A DNA stretch of 64,000 bases from Burkholderiaceae bacterium (GTDB lineage: Bacteria > Pseudomonadota > Gammaproteobacteria > Burkholderiales > Burkholderiaceae_D), in NCBI GenBank assembly GCA_035995725.1, contig DASYKE010000069.1:7665-71664 (forward strand), written 5' to 3'. A program made the translations under genes and the position numbers. A model generated the notes under the pieces. It had not been told where the DNA came from and did no database searches. It saw only the letters and a list, made by a program, of their open reading frames with translations. Of the stretch, positions 18,494 to 28,516 are shown piece after piece (position 1 is the stretch's first letter; the number at the start of each line of letters is the position of its first letter).

Positions 18494-19684
18494 ATGCCGC
18501 ACATGCCTGCCTCCTCCGCACTCGAACGTTTTCGCGTTATCGATCTCACGCAGGTACGGGCCGGTCCCACCGCATGCCGGCAACTCGCGGACTGGGGCGC
18601 CGATGTAGTTCAGGTGCAGATGCCCGAGCATATGCGCGGCGACGATACGCTGGGAGGGCAGGAGGGTTCCGACTATCAGTACACGCATCGCAACAAGCGT
18701 TCGGTCACGCTCAATCTGAAAGAAGCCGAAGGCATCAGCGTATTGAAACGCCTGATCGCGACCGCCGATGTGGTGGTGGAAAATTTTCGGCCCGACGTCA
18801 AGTTCCGGCTCGGCATCGACTATGAAACCCTCAGCAAGGACAATCCGCGGCTGGTGTACGCCAGCATTTCCGGATTCGGTCAAACCGGCCCGCTCGCCGA
18901 GCGCCCGGGTTTCGACCAGATTGCGCAAGGCATGGGTGGCCTGATGTCGGTTACCGGCCTGCCGGGACAGGGACCGGTGCGCGTCGGCATTCCGATTGCC
19001 GATCTGTGCGCCGGGATTTTCGCGGCGCAGGGCATTCTGGTCGCGCTGCTGGAGCGGGAAGCGTCGGGCAAGGGGCAGTGGCTGCACACTTCGCTGCTGG
19101 AATCGATGGTGTACATGATGGACTTTCAGACGGCACGCTGGCTGATCGATGAAGAGGTCGCCGGGCAGGCCGGCAATTTTCATCCCACCAGCATCCCCAC
19201 CGGAGTCTACAAGGCCAGCGACGGCTACATGAACATTGCGGTGTTCGGCTCGAAGATATGGGAGCGCTTTTGCGAGATTCTCGGGGCGCCGGAGTGGATC
19301 ACCGATGACCGGTATAAAGCCAAGGCCGGGCGCTCGGTGCATCGCGATACGCTCAATGCCGAAATCAATCGCCGCCTCGCCGCCCACGACCGTGCCTACT
19401 GGATCGAACGCTTCAATGCCGGCGGCGTCGCCTGCGGCCACATCAACAACCTGCAGGAAGTGTTCGAGGAACCGCAGATCCGGCATCTTCAAATGGTCAA
19501 AGAAGTCGTGTCCAAGCATTTCGGCGCGCAGCGCCATGTCGGTCAGCCGATGCAGCTTGAGCGCACGCCGAGCAGCATCGTCCGCGCCGCGCCGCGCCGC
19601 GGCGAACACACGGAAGAAATCCTCGGGGAACTGGGCCTGGGCGCCGACGATATCTCACGCATGAAATCAACCGGAGTATTCTGA
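18494..19684 (+). CDS. family III CoA-transferase (CaiB/BaiF)
   Basis: RVIDLTQVRAGP near the N-terminus, and the VVENFRPDV motif typical of family III CoA-transferases. Confidence 0.85.
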   Translation: MPHMPASSALERFRVIDLTQVRAGPTACRQLADWGADVVQVQMPEHMRGDDTLGGQEGSDYQYTHRNKRSVTLNLKEAEGISVLKRLIATADVVVENFRPDVKFRLGIDYETLSKDNPRLVYASISGFGQTGPLAERPGFDQIAQGMGGLMSVTGLPGQGPVRVGIPIADLCAGIFAAQGILVALLEREASGKGQWLHTSLLESMVYMMDFQTARWLIDEEVAGQAGNFHPTSIPTGVYKASDGYMNIAVFGSKIWERFCEILGAPEWITDDRYKAKAGRSVHRDTLNAEINRRLAAHDRAYWIERFNAGGVACGHINNLQEVFEEPQIRHLQMVKEVVSKHFGAQRHVGQPMQLERTPSSIVRAAPRRGEHTEEILGELGLGADDISRMKSTGVF

Positions 19685-20493
19685 TGCAAAATCCACACTA
19701 TCAATCACCGACCGAGCGCATGCAGGTCTGGCTCGACGCATCGACGCTGCATATCCGTTTTAATAATCCGGCGCGCCATAATGCGCTGTCGGTCGACATG
19801 TGGGAAGCGATCCCGCCGCTTCTCGCGCAAGCGGAAGGCGACGAGCGGGTGCGCCTGGTGGTTTTTTCAGGGGCAGGCGAAAAGGCCTTCGTCTCGGGCG
19901 CCGATATTTCCCAGTTCGAAGACATGCGTGCAGCGCGTGAAGCGGTCAAACGCTATGAACAGATGGCCGAGGATGCGCTGATGGGAATTTACCGCTTCAG
20001 CAAACCGACTCTGGCCTGCATCCGGGGGTTTTGCATCGGCGGCGGCGTCAATGTGGCCATCAGTTGCGACATCCGGATTGCGTCGGACGACGCGGTATTC
20101 TCGATTCCCGCAGCCCGTCTCGGTCTGGGGTATCGCTATTCGGCGATGAAGAATCTGACCGACCTGGTGGGTCCCGGTGCAGCCAAGGACTTGTTTTTCA
20201 CCGCCAGAAAAATCGACGCGCAGGAAGCCAAGTCGATCGGATTGATCTCGCGCGTGTGCGAGGTCGGGCAGCTCGACTCGCTGCTTGCCGAATATACGTC
20301 GGCAATGGCGGTCAACGCGCCGCTGACGGTGCGCGCCGGCAAGGCCATCATTACCGAAATTCTCAAGCCTTCCCCGGAGCTCGACCTGGAGATGTGCCAG
20401 CGGCTGATCCGCGGCTGCTTCGAGAGCGAAGACTATGCCGAAGGCCGGCGGGCGTTCATGGAAAAGCGCAAGCCGGTATTTACCGGGAAGTGA
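19684..20493 (+). CDS. enoyl-CoA hydratase/isomerase family protein
   Basis: Crotonase motifs FVSGADI and GFCIGGG. The start overlaps the upstream stop (TGATG). Confidence 0.85.
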   Translation: MQNPHYQSPTERMQVWLDASTLHIRFNNPARHNALSVDMWEAIPPLLAQAEGDERVRLVVFSGAGEKAFVSGADISQFEDMRAAREAVKRYEQMAEDALMGIYRFSKPTLACIRGFCIGGGVNVAISCDIRIASDDAVFSIPAARLGLGYRYSAMKNLTDLVGPGAAKDLFFTARKIDAQEAKSIGLISRVCEVGQLDSLLAEYTSAMAVNAPLTVRAGKAIITEILKPSPELDLEMCQRLIRGCFESEDYAEGRRAFMEKRKPVFTGK

Positions 20494-20530
20494 ATCACTC
20501 AACGCGGTTAACCGGGACCAGGGAGTGCTG

Positions 20531-21535
20531 ATGCAGTCGTACTGGATGCAAACAACCGGCGCGAATACCACGCTGGAACTGCGTGACGTGGCTGTGCCCG
20601 AACCGGGGCCGCAGCAGGTGCTGGTGCGCGTACGCGCGGCCGGACTGAACCGCGGCGAGTTCATCGCCGGTCACGGCCTGCACGGCAAATCGGGCGCGGC
20701 CAAAGCGGTCGGCACCGAGGGTGCGGGCGAAATCGTCAGGCTCGGCGCGGGCGTGACCCGGCTCAAGCGCGGCGACCGTGTGATGGGCCGCTGTCCGGGA
20801 TCGTTCGCCGAATATGCATTGATCGATGTGCGCGAGGCCATCCCGATGCCGGCCGGCCTGTCCTGGGAAGAAGCGGCGGCCATCCCGCTGACTTTCATGG
20901 TGGTCTATGACATGCTCGTCTTGCAGGGGCGGCTCGCGGCGGGAGAATGGCTGCTGATTACCGGCGTGTCTTCGGGTGTCGGCGTTGCGGCATTGCAAAC
21001 CGCCAAGGCATTGGGCGCAAAGGTGATCGGAACGTCCGGTTCGGCCGACAAGCTCGAGCGCCTCAAAGCGCTCGGTCTCGATCTCGGCCTCTGCACGCGT
21101 TCAGCCGATTTTTACGATGCCGTCATGCAAGCCACGCAAGACAAGGGCGTCAATCTGGTCGTCAACACCGTCGGCGGTTCGATGTTTGCCGAATGCATGC
21201 GCACGCTTGCCTTCCAAGGCCGGCTTGCCACCGTCGGATACGTCGATGGCGTGTTGAAAAGCGAGATCGATATCGAAGCGCTGCACGCCAAACGTCTGAC
21301 GCTGTTCGGCGTGTCGAACAAGCTGCGCAGTCCGGAACAACGCGCCGAGCCCGTGCCCGGCTTCATTGCCGATGTGTTGCCGGCGATTGCGCAAGGCCGT
21401 ATCCGGCCGGTTATTGACCGGGTCTTTGCTTTCGATCAGCTTGTCGCGGCAAAGGCGTATATGGAATCGAATCTGCACTTGGGCAAGATCGTGCTTGCCG
21501 GGGCTCTTACCACCGCCACAAAGGAGATTTCATGA
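20531..21535 (+). CDS. NADPH:quinone oxidoreductase / zinc-type alcohol dehydrogenase family protein
   Basis: MDR-family layout with GVSSGVGVAALQ dinucleotide-binding motif. The ATG at 20531 (MQSYWMQ) is preferred because the longer ORF from 20435 overlaps the hydratase. Confidence 0.85.
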   Translation: MQSYWMQTTGANTTLELRDVAVPEPGPQQVLVRVRAAGLNRGEFIAGHGLHGKSGAAKAVGTEGAGEIVRLGAGVTRLKRGDRVMGRCPGSFAEYALIDVREAIPMPAGLSWEEAAAIPLTFMVVYDMLVLQGRLAAGEWLLITGVSSGVGVAALQTAKALGAKVIGTSGSADKLERLKALGLDLGLCTRSADFYDAVMQATQDKGVNLVVNTVGGSMFAECMRTLAFQGRLATVGYVDGVLKSEIDIEALHAKRLTLFGVSNKLRSPEQRAEPVPGFIADVLPAIAQGRIRPVIDRVFAFDQLVAAKAYMESNLHLGKIVLAGALTTATKEIS

Positions 21536-22500
21536 TGAGAACCTTGTCGTTCGTATCGATGCTGATCCTCGCCGGCATCAGCGTCGACGCCGCGGCGCAA
21601 GCCTATCCCACCAAGCCGATCCGGCTGGTAGTGGGATTTACGCCGGGCGGCGCCGCCGATTACGTCGCACGCGCTGTCGGCGACTCGCTGGGCCGGGTGC
21701 TTGGCCAGTCCATCGTTGTGGAAAACCGTCCAGGCGGAGGATCGAGCATTGCCGCTGACAATGTGGCCAAGGCAGCGCCCGACGGGTACAGCATATTGAT
21801 CGCTAGCCCGAGCAGCATCTCGGTCAATCCGGCGCTCAACCCGAAACTGAATTACAGCGCGCGCGATCTGGTTCCGATTACCAAAGTGTCCAGTTCGCCG
21901 TTGGTCATCGCCGTCAACCCCGGGACTGGAATCTATTCGATCAAGGAACTGATCGCTGCTGCAAAAAAGGAGCCTGGCAAGCTCAATTATGCGACCGCAG
22001 GCATGGGCTCCGCCCCGCACTTGGGAGGAGCGTCGTTCTGCCAGGTCGCCGGCATCCAGATGGTGAATATTCCGTTCAAAGGCGGCGGACCGTCCGTTCA
22101 GTCGGTAGTCGCCGGCGACACCCATGTAACCTTCGCCACTCCGCCGTCGGTGCTGCCGATGATCAAGGCCGGCCGTCTGCGCGGATTGGCGGTGAGCAGC
22201 CGGGAACGTTCGCCGCTGGTGCCGGATCTGCCCGGTATGGCGGAAGCCGGTTTGCCGGAGTACGGCATTGCGTTCTGGTACGGTTTTTTCGTGCCGGTCG
22301 GCACGCCGCCGGAAATCGTCAATAAGCTGTTCGAGGCGATTACGCTGGCCGCGCAGAAACCGGAGGTCAAGGCGGCACTGGAGCGCGAAGGCACCGAGGT
22401 TTCGCTGTCGCGTTCGCCTGAAGAATTCGCCGCGTTTCTCGGCGAAGATTCGAAATTCTGGGTGAAACTGGTCAAGGAATCCGGCGCCACGACAGACTGA
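21532..22500 (+). CDS. Bug-family tripartite tricarboxylate transporter substrate-binding protein (TctC-like)
   Basis: Signal peptide, then YPTKPIRLVVGFTPGGAADYVAR. ATGA overlap with the upstream gene. Confidence 0.85.
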   Translation: MMRTLSFVSMLILAGISVDAAAQAYPTKPIRLVVGFTPGGAADYVARAVGDSLGRVLGQSIVVENRPGGGSSIAADNVAKAAPDGYSILIASPSSISVNPALNPKLNYSARDLVPITKVSSSPLVIAVNPGTGIYSIKELIAAAKKEPGKLNYATAGMGSAPHLGGASFCQVAGIQMVNIPFKGGGPSVQSVVAGDTHVTFATPPSVLPMIKAGRLRGLAVSSRERSPLVPDLPGMAEAGLPEYGIAFWYGFFVPVGTPPEIVNKLFEAITLAAQKPEVKAALEREGTEVSLSRSPEEFAAFLGEDSKFWVKLVKESGATTD

Positions 22501-22656
22501 GAGTGCTGCACGGTCACGAAATGCGGTCGTGCTCTTCCGCACCGCAAGGCGGCCCAATGGAACCAGCTTCAATTATGGGCGTCTACTTTCCCAAGTGGAT
22601 GTTACGATGACCAGACTCAGTGTGTTCGGCAATTCCATTGAACCGGAGATTCATTC

Positions 22657-23544
22657 GTGGACCCTGGCGTAAATTCCAGATCGATCAAGCGGCAGCACCC
22701 GGCGGCACGGGATGATATCAATGATCTGATAACGCGGCGGCCCATACCGTCACGTTCCCTTGAACAACTTGACCCGTTCCTGTTCCTGAACCACCACGGC
22801 CCCCAGATCTATCCGCCTCGCAATAACGGCCTTCCGTTCGGTCCGCATCCGCACAGAGGGTTCGAGACCGTCACTTTCATTATTGAAGGCGACATCGCGC
22901 ATCGAGACAGCGGTGGCCATGAAAGCGTGATCAAGGCCGGAGGCGTGCAATGGATGACGGCAGGCAGGGGGCTCGTGCATTCCGAGGTCTCATCCGATGA
23001 ATTTGAGCGCGAAGGCGGTCCGCTGGAAATCCTCCAGCTTTGGGTCAACCTGCCGGCCAGGCTCAAGATGGTGCAGCCCAGATACATTGGCTTGCAGCGC
23101 GATCAGATCCCGTCGTTCATGCTCGATGACGGCCGGGTACGGGTCAACCTGATTTCAGGCAAATGGAAAGAGCATATCGGACCGATCGACACGCTTGCCG
23201 ACGTACAGATGGCGACCGTCGCATTTTCGCCGGGCAGTCATGCACAATTGCCGGCGCCATCCGGACGCAATATTTTCCTCTACGTCGTGCGAGGCAAACT
23301 CGATATTTCCGGCACCCCTGCGCAGGAACACCATCTGATCGAACTGAACGACGATGGGGATGTAGTCGATATCGAGGCGGCCATGGATTCATTGATACTG
23401 TTCGGACACGCGCTTCCGATAGCGGAGCCCGTCGTCAGTTACGGACCTTTCGTCATGAACACGAAACAGGAAATAGCCGAAGCGATCAGTGACTACCAGG
23501 CAGGAAAATTCGGTTCCAGTCTTGACGACGCGGGCGTGCGATAA
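22657..23544 (+). CDS. pirin family protein
   Basis: Cupin metal site HPHRGFETVTFIIEGDIAHRDS and bicupin length. The GTG start is uncertain. Confidence 0.8.
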   Translation: MDPGVNSRSIKRQHPAARDDINDLITRRPIPSRSLEQLDPFLFLNHHGPQIYPPRNNGLPFGPHPHRGFETVTFIIEGDIAHRDSGGHESVIKAGGVQWMTAGRGLVHSEVSSDEFEREGGPLEILQLWVNLPARLKMVQPRYIGLQRDQIPSFMLDDGRVRVNLISGKWKEHIGPIDTLADVQMATVAFSPGSHAQLPAPSGRNIFLYVVRGKLDISGTPAQEHHLIELNDDGDVVDIEAAMDSLILFGHALPIAEPVVSYGPFVMNTKQEIAEAISDYQAGKFGSSLDDAGVR

Positions 23545-23834
23545 CTCAAAAGCAGGCGAGCATGCGGTGGCCGTTTTACACCAGGGCAATGACCGATGGG
23601 AAAGCCGGTTGATTGCAAAAGGAGCGACGGCATTCAGCCGAATCCGCCTGAAACGGCAACACCGGAAAACGCTGTTTCCTTTGAACCCCGGCATTATTTT
23701 GGCAGATGTCCTTCCTTTGAGCCGGCAGGAGCATTTCCATTTCCGAGAATGGTGCAGTAATTTTTACCGGGGCATCGGTAAGCATTGTCAGGAATGCCGG
23801 CGCGTCAACCAATCTTTTTCGCTTGCGCTCTATC

Positions 23835-24416
23835 TTACGCGTGGCGCCCGAACGCACGCTTGACGATATATGTTCCGGCTATCAGTGCCCCTGCGGCGAC
23901 CAGCATCGAGCTCGCAGGCATGCCACGTACTGTATTGACCGCAATTTCGCCGGCGCGGGGCGCTACAAGTTCCAGCCGTCGCTTGGTCATTTGCGCGCCG
24001 AGTTCGCCCAGCCTGTCTCCCAGCAGGCGTTCCGCATCGGGCAGCAGCGTGGTTTCTTCATCGGCCACGTGATGCAGCACGTCCCGCATCAATTCCATGA
24101 AGGTCTGGTCATAGGTCGGATCTGTCGGTTCCATGTCCCGAAGTTCGCCGATCAACCGGCGCATTTCGTCATGTTCGGGCACGCTCTTGGCCAACACGGC
24201 GCTATCTGCGCCGACGTCGCTCATTGCCGGATAAAAAATTTCTTCTTCCAGTTGAGCATGAATTTCCAATGACAGGCAGGCGTTGTTGACCAGCGCCTGC
24301 TTGGTCTGCGCGCTCGAATCGATTTTATACTTGTGAAAAGTCGATATGACATGGGCATGATCCATGCGGATCATATTGGTAGCGCTCGGGGACAGAGTGT
24401 TCGTAATCGTATTCAT
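23835..24416 (-). CDS. hemerythrin domain protein with C-terminal membrane anchor
   Basis: HHE-type motifs (MDHAHV, EIHAQLEEEIFYP, VPEHDEM, HHVADEE) and a hydrophobic C-terminus. The ATG at 24416 has a GGAG RBS. Confidence 0.7.
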   Translation of the reverse strand: MNTITNTLSPSATNMIRMDHAHVISTFHKYKIDSSAQTKQALVNNACLSLEIHAQLEEEIFYPAMSDVGADSAVLAKSVPEHDEMRRLIGELRDMEPTDPTYDQTFMELMRDVLHHVADEETTLLPDAERLLGDRLGELGAQMTKRRLELVAPRAGEIAVNTVRGMPASSMLVAAGALIAGTYIVKRAFGRHA

Positions 24417-24808
24417 ACTGGCATCTCCAATGATATGGGTTAACGGGGCACAGGAAGCTAATTTTTTGAGCAAGCTATGTGCCCGACACGTTTGCCGCCC
24501 GTGATATCGAAAGCAAGGCTAAAAGGAGCGGCGCAGGCGCGCCATAAGCCACGAAATGCGCGAAAGACAAGCACGTCGGGAGGCTGTGAAATAGCCTACG
24601 GATGTTTGACTTTACAATGGGTAAGAAAATGGTTTCGCTGCCTGCGTCAGTTTGTTGCGCGAGTAACAGAGCAATCGAGCAGACGGATTGATCCGGCATC
24701 CCGCATGCGGGAAGTTACAGCAGTTTTTCTGCCATTACGTACAGATTGCCTGCCGGCAGTGAAAAGACTCGGTGGCGGGGGCCGTGCGCCGTGTTGCCTG
24801 GCTGAATT

Positions 24809-26017
24809 TCAAGCCGTCGTGTCTGTCAGGCGGGGCAGGTAGCGTACCGACAGCACGCCGGCGATCGACCGGATGTCGTTCAGGACGGACTTTACCACGG
24901 GGCTATCCACATCCACCAGCGTGTAAGCCATATCGTCGCGCGACTTGTTGACCATGTTGTGAATATTGAGTCCGGCATTGGCCATCGCGGTGGAAATTTG
25001 TCCCAGCATGTTGGGTACGTTGGCGTTGGCGATGGCGACGCGGTAGTCCGATTCGCGCTCCATGCTGACATGGGGGAAGTTCACCGCGTTCACCACATTG
25101 CCGTGCTCCAGATAGTTGCGCAGCTGATCTACCACCATGGCGGCACAGTTTTCTTCCGCTTCGCGGGTGGAAGCGCCAAGGTGCGGCAATGCAACCACGC
25201 GTTGGTGGCGGTTGACCGCGGCACTCGGAAAGTCGCACACGTACCAGCCCAAGCGCGCATCGTTTAACGCCGCCAGTACCGCTGCGTCATTGACCACGCC
25301 CTCGCGTGAAAAATTCAGCAGCACTGCGCCTGCCCGCATCTGGCCAATATTGTCGTCGTTCACCAGGTTACGCGTGGCGTTAGCCAGCGGTACGTGCAGC
25401 GTCACGAAGTGCGCGTTCTTCAGTACTTCGGCCACGCTGGCTGCCTTCCTCACTTGGGCCGGCAGGCTCCATGCTGCGTCCACCGTGATCTCAGGGTCGT
25501 AGCCGAGCACACTCATGCCAAGCTTGATGGCCGCATCGGCCACCAGGCAGCCGACCCTGCCCAGCCCGACGATACCGAGCGTATGGCCGGCCAGCTCATA
25601 ACCGGCGAAGGCTTTCTTGCCGTCTTCGACTGCCTTTTCCATGTCGGATATCTGCGCATCGAGGCTGGACACGAAGCGCATCGCGGGTGCCAGGTTACGC
25701 GCGGCCAGCAGCATGCCGGCCAGCACCAGTTCCTTCACCGCATTGGCATTCGCACCCGGCGCGTTGAACACCGGCACGCCGCGCGCGTTCATGGCTTTGA
25801 CCGGGATATTGTTGGTGCCCGCACCGGCGCGACCGATGGCCTGCACGCTGGCCGGAATTTCCAACGCGTGCATGTTGGCCGAACGCACCAGCACGGCATC
25901 GGGCCGGGCGGCTTCTTTGCTCACCGTGTAACGCTCGGCAGGCAGCCGTTTCAGGCCGTTGGGCGAAATCTGGTTGAGCATTAGAATCTCGAAGCGCCTG
26001 GCCTGGGAACTATGCAT
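24809..26017 (-). CDS. serA: D-3-phosphoglycerate dehydrogenase with C-terminal ACT domain
   Basis: [23 protein letters not shown]-binding site, and an ACT-like C-terminus. An alternative start at 25981 ([13 protein letters not shown]) is at least as likely. Confidence 0.85.
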   Translation of the reverse strand: MHSSQARRFEILMLNQISPNGLKRLPAERYTVSKEAARPDAVLVRSANMHALEIPASVQAIGRAGAGTNNIPVKAMNARGVPVFNAPGANANAVKELVLAGMLLAARNLAPAMRFVSSLDAQISDMEKAVEDGKKAFAGYELAGHTLGIVGLGRVGCLVADAAIKLGMSVLGYDPEITVDAAWSLPAQVRKAASVAEVLKNAHFVTLHVPLANATRNLVNDDNIGQMRAGAVLLNFSREGVVNDAAVLAALNDARLGWYVCDFPSAAVNRHQRVVALPHLGASTREAEENCAAMVVDQLRNYLEHGNVVNAVNFPHVSMERESDYRVAIANANVPNMLGQISTAMANAGLNIHNMVNKSRDDMAYTLVDVDSPVVKSVLNDIRSIAGVLSVRYLPRLTDTTA

Positions 26018-27092
26018 GGCCGGTCTCGAATTCTTTCATGTACGACACCAGCGCCTGCACGCCTTCGATCGGCATGGCGTTGTAGAGCGAAGCCCGCATG
26101 CCGCCCACCGCGCGGTGACCTTTCAACTGCAGCATGCCGCGCGCCTGCGCACCCTTCAGGAACGCGTCGTCCAGCGCTTCGTTGCGCAGCTTGAACGGCA
26201 CGTTCATCAACGAGCGGTCTTCGCGCGCCACCGGGCTTGAATAGAACGAGCTCACGTCCAGATAGTCGTACAGTAGCGCTGCCTTGGCCCGGTTGTGCGC
26301 TTCCATCGCGGTCAGGCCCCCTTGCGCCTTGATCCATTGAAACACCAGCCCGGCAATATAGATTGAATAAGTAGGCGGCGTGTTGAACATCGAATCGTTC
26401 TCGGCCTGCAGCTTGTAATCGAATGCCGACGGCGTGACGGGCAGCGCGTCGCCGATCAGGTCGTCGCGCACGATCACGATCGTCAAACCGGCCGGGCCGA
26501 TGTTTTTCTGCGCGCCGCAGTAAATCAGGCCGTAGCGGCTCACATCGACCGGGCGCGACAGGATATTGGACGACATGTCGGCCACCAGCGGCACCGCACC
26601 GGTATCGGGCGTCCAGTGGTATTCCACACCGCCGATGGTTTCATTCGAGCAAATATGCACGTAAGCCGCATACGGGTCCAGCTTCCAGGTTTCCTGCTTC
26701 GGCACACTGGTGAAGCTGCCGGCCTCGGCCGTGGCTGCCACATTGACCTTGCAATACTTCTTCGCTTCCTTGATCGATTTCTTGGACCACTCGCCGGTGT
26801 TGATGTAGTCTGCGCTGGTGCCGCCGCGCAGCAGGTTCATCGGCACAAGGGCATTCTGACCGATTGCCCCCCCTTGCAGGAACAGCACCTTGTAGTTGGC
26901 GGGGATGTTCAGCAACTCGCGCAGCAGGCTTTCGGCCTGTGCATGGATCGCGATGAACTCCTTGCCGCGGTGGCTCATCTCCATTACCGACATGCCCGAA
27001 CCGTGCCAGTCGAGCATTTCGGCGGCGGCCTGGCGCAGCACAGATTCCGGCAGGGCTGCCGGGCCGGCGCTAAAATTGAAAACACGTGTCAT
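26010..27092 (-). CDS. serC: phosphoserine aminotransferase
   Basis: N-terminal [12 protein letters not shown] and the PLP-lysine region [12 protein letters not shown]. 360 aa. Confidence 0.9.
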   Translation of the reverse strand: MTRVFNFSAGPAALPESVLRQAAAEMLDWHGSGMSVMEMSHRGKEFIAIHAQAESLLRELLNIPANYKVLFLQGGAIGQNALVPMNLLRGGTSADYINTGEWSKKSIKEAKKYCKVNVAATAEAGSFTSVPKQETWKLDPYAAYVHICSNETIGGVEYHWTPDTGAVPLVADMSSNILSRPVDVSRYGLIYCGAQKNIGPAGLTIVIVRDDLIGDALPVTPSAFDYKLQAENDSMFNTPPTYSIYIAGLVFQWIKAQGGLTAMEAHNRAKAALLYDYLDVSSFYSSPVAREDRSLMNVPFKLRNEALDDAFLKGAQARGMLQLKGHRAVGGMRASLYNAMPIEGVQALVSYMKEFETGHA

Positions 27093-27454
27093 GCAAAGTC
27101 TCCGTGATATGGAAAAGTGGGTAACGCGGCGCTGACGCCAAAACCCTAATCATACATGGAAGTGAAACACCGCCGGCGCGCAGACAGACTGATAATGCAT
27201 GCATTTCAGGCGTAACGAGGGATTTCCGGCAACGTTGACAGCCAGCGGTACCTGCGCGGGAACTCCGGTCCTGATGCGCCTTGCCCATGGCGCCGCCATC
27301 TTCTATTTTGTCTGCGCTGCGCCAGCCGCAACGAGTCATAACGACCATGCTGGACGCCATAGGAAATTATAGGCAGAATGAACTTTGCACGACAGCTCGC
27401 ATGAGACGAGACGACCTTGATATCTTAAAAATCAATTTATTACGGAGACAAAAA

Positions 27455-28447
27455 ATGCAAATATTCAGCCGTTATGGACGGCACACGATGCGCGCGCTCG
27501 CGATTTTGTTCGTGTTATTCACGCAAGTGGCTCATGCTCAAACCGACTGGCCCAAGCGCCCGGTGACCATCGTCGTCGGCTTTACCGCGGGTGGAACCAC
27601 CGACATCATTGCACGTAACCTGAGTGTCGAGCTGGCCAAGACCTGGGGCCAGCCGGTGGTGATCGAAAATCGCACCGGCGCCGCAGGCAATATCGGCGGC
27701 GATATGGTCGCCAAGGCCAAACCTGACGGCTATACGCTGTTCATGGGATCGACCGGTCCGCTGGCGGTCAATGCCAGCCTGTATAAATCGATGCCGTTCG
27801 ATCATCTCAAGGATTTCACGCCGATCTCGCTGGTGGCGGATGTGCCGAACATGCTGGTCCTGAATCCAGGCGCCATGCCGGTTTCCAGCTTCAAGGAATT
27901 CACTTCGCTGATCAAGGCCAATCCCGGCAAATATTTTTATGCTTCGACCGGCACCGGTACCGCGTCCCATCTTTCGGTGGAACTGCTGAAGTCAATCGCC
28001 GGACTCGAAGTCACGCACGTGCCATACAAGGGAGCGGTCGCCCTGAACGACGTTCTGGCCGGAGAGTCGGTGCATTTCATGTTTGCCACCATTCCATCGG
28101 TGATCCAGTTCGTGCGCGCCGGCAAATTGCGCGCGCTTGCGGTGACCAGCCTGAAGCGTTCGGCCGGCGTACCCGATGTGCCGACGGTTGCCGAATCCGG
28201 TTTTCCAGGGTTCGATGCCAATTCCTGGTTCGGCCTCGTTGGGCCGGCACGTATGCCGGCCGAGCTTGCGAGCAAAATTTCCGCCGACATTGCACGCATA
28301 CTGAAACAACCCGAGATGCGTGAGCGTTTCATTCATCAGGGCGCCGATCCGGTTGGCTCGACTCCCGAGGAATTCGGCAATTTCATGCGCGCCGAAACGG
28401 CAAAATGGGCCAAAGTGGTCAAAGCGTCCGGCGCAAGTGCCAGCTGA
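27455..28447 (+). CDS. Bug-family substrate-binding protein (TctC-like)
   Basis: Signal peptide (MRALAILFVLFTQVAHA), then WPKRPVTIVVGFTAGGTTDIIAR. The ATG at 27455 is preferred to the long ORF from 27281. Confidence 0.85.
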   Translation: MQIFSRYGRHTMRALAILFVLFTQVAHAQTDWPKRPVTIVVGFTAGGTTDIIARNLSVELAKTWGQPVVIENRTGAAGNIGGDMVAKAKPDGYTLFMGSTGPLAVNASLYKSMPFDHLKDFTPISLVADVPNMLVLNPGAMPVSSFKEFTSLIKANPGKYFYASTGTGTASHLSVELLKSIAGLEVTHVPYKGAVALNDVLAGESVHFMFATIPSVIQFVRAGKLRALAVTSLKRSAGVPDVPTVAESGFPGFDANSWFGLVGPARMPAELASKISADIARILKQPEMRERFIHQGADPVGSTPEEFGNFMRAETAKWAKVVKASGASAS

Positions 28448-28516
28448 CTCCCCGAAACCGCCGCTTGCCGATGACGCGAGCGGCACTCGCAGTACAATAA
28501 AACAGGATAAGCATTC

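Noticed and set aside
24475-24699. 74-aa minus-strand ORF, and the overlapping 121-aa plus-strand ORF, in the serA-hemerythrin gap.
   Set aside because: No convincing RBS and no family resemblance. Codon third-position GC does not look gene-like. This is more likely the promoter/UTR region of the hemerythrin gene.
24700-24711. 12-bp perfect palindromes cccgcatgcggg (24700-24711) and cgcgatatcgcg (47770-47781).
   Set aside because: They are too short to stand out in GC-rich DNA. Neither is followed by a U-tract or repeated elsewhere in the window.
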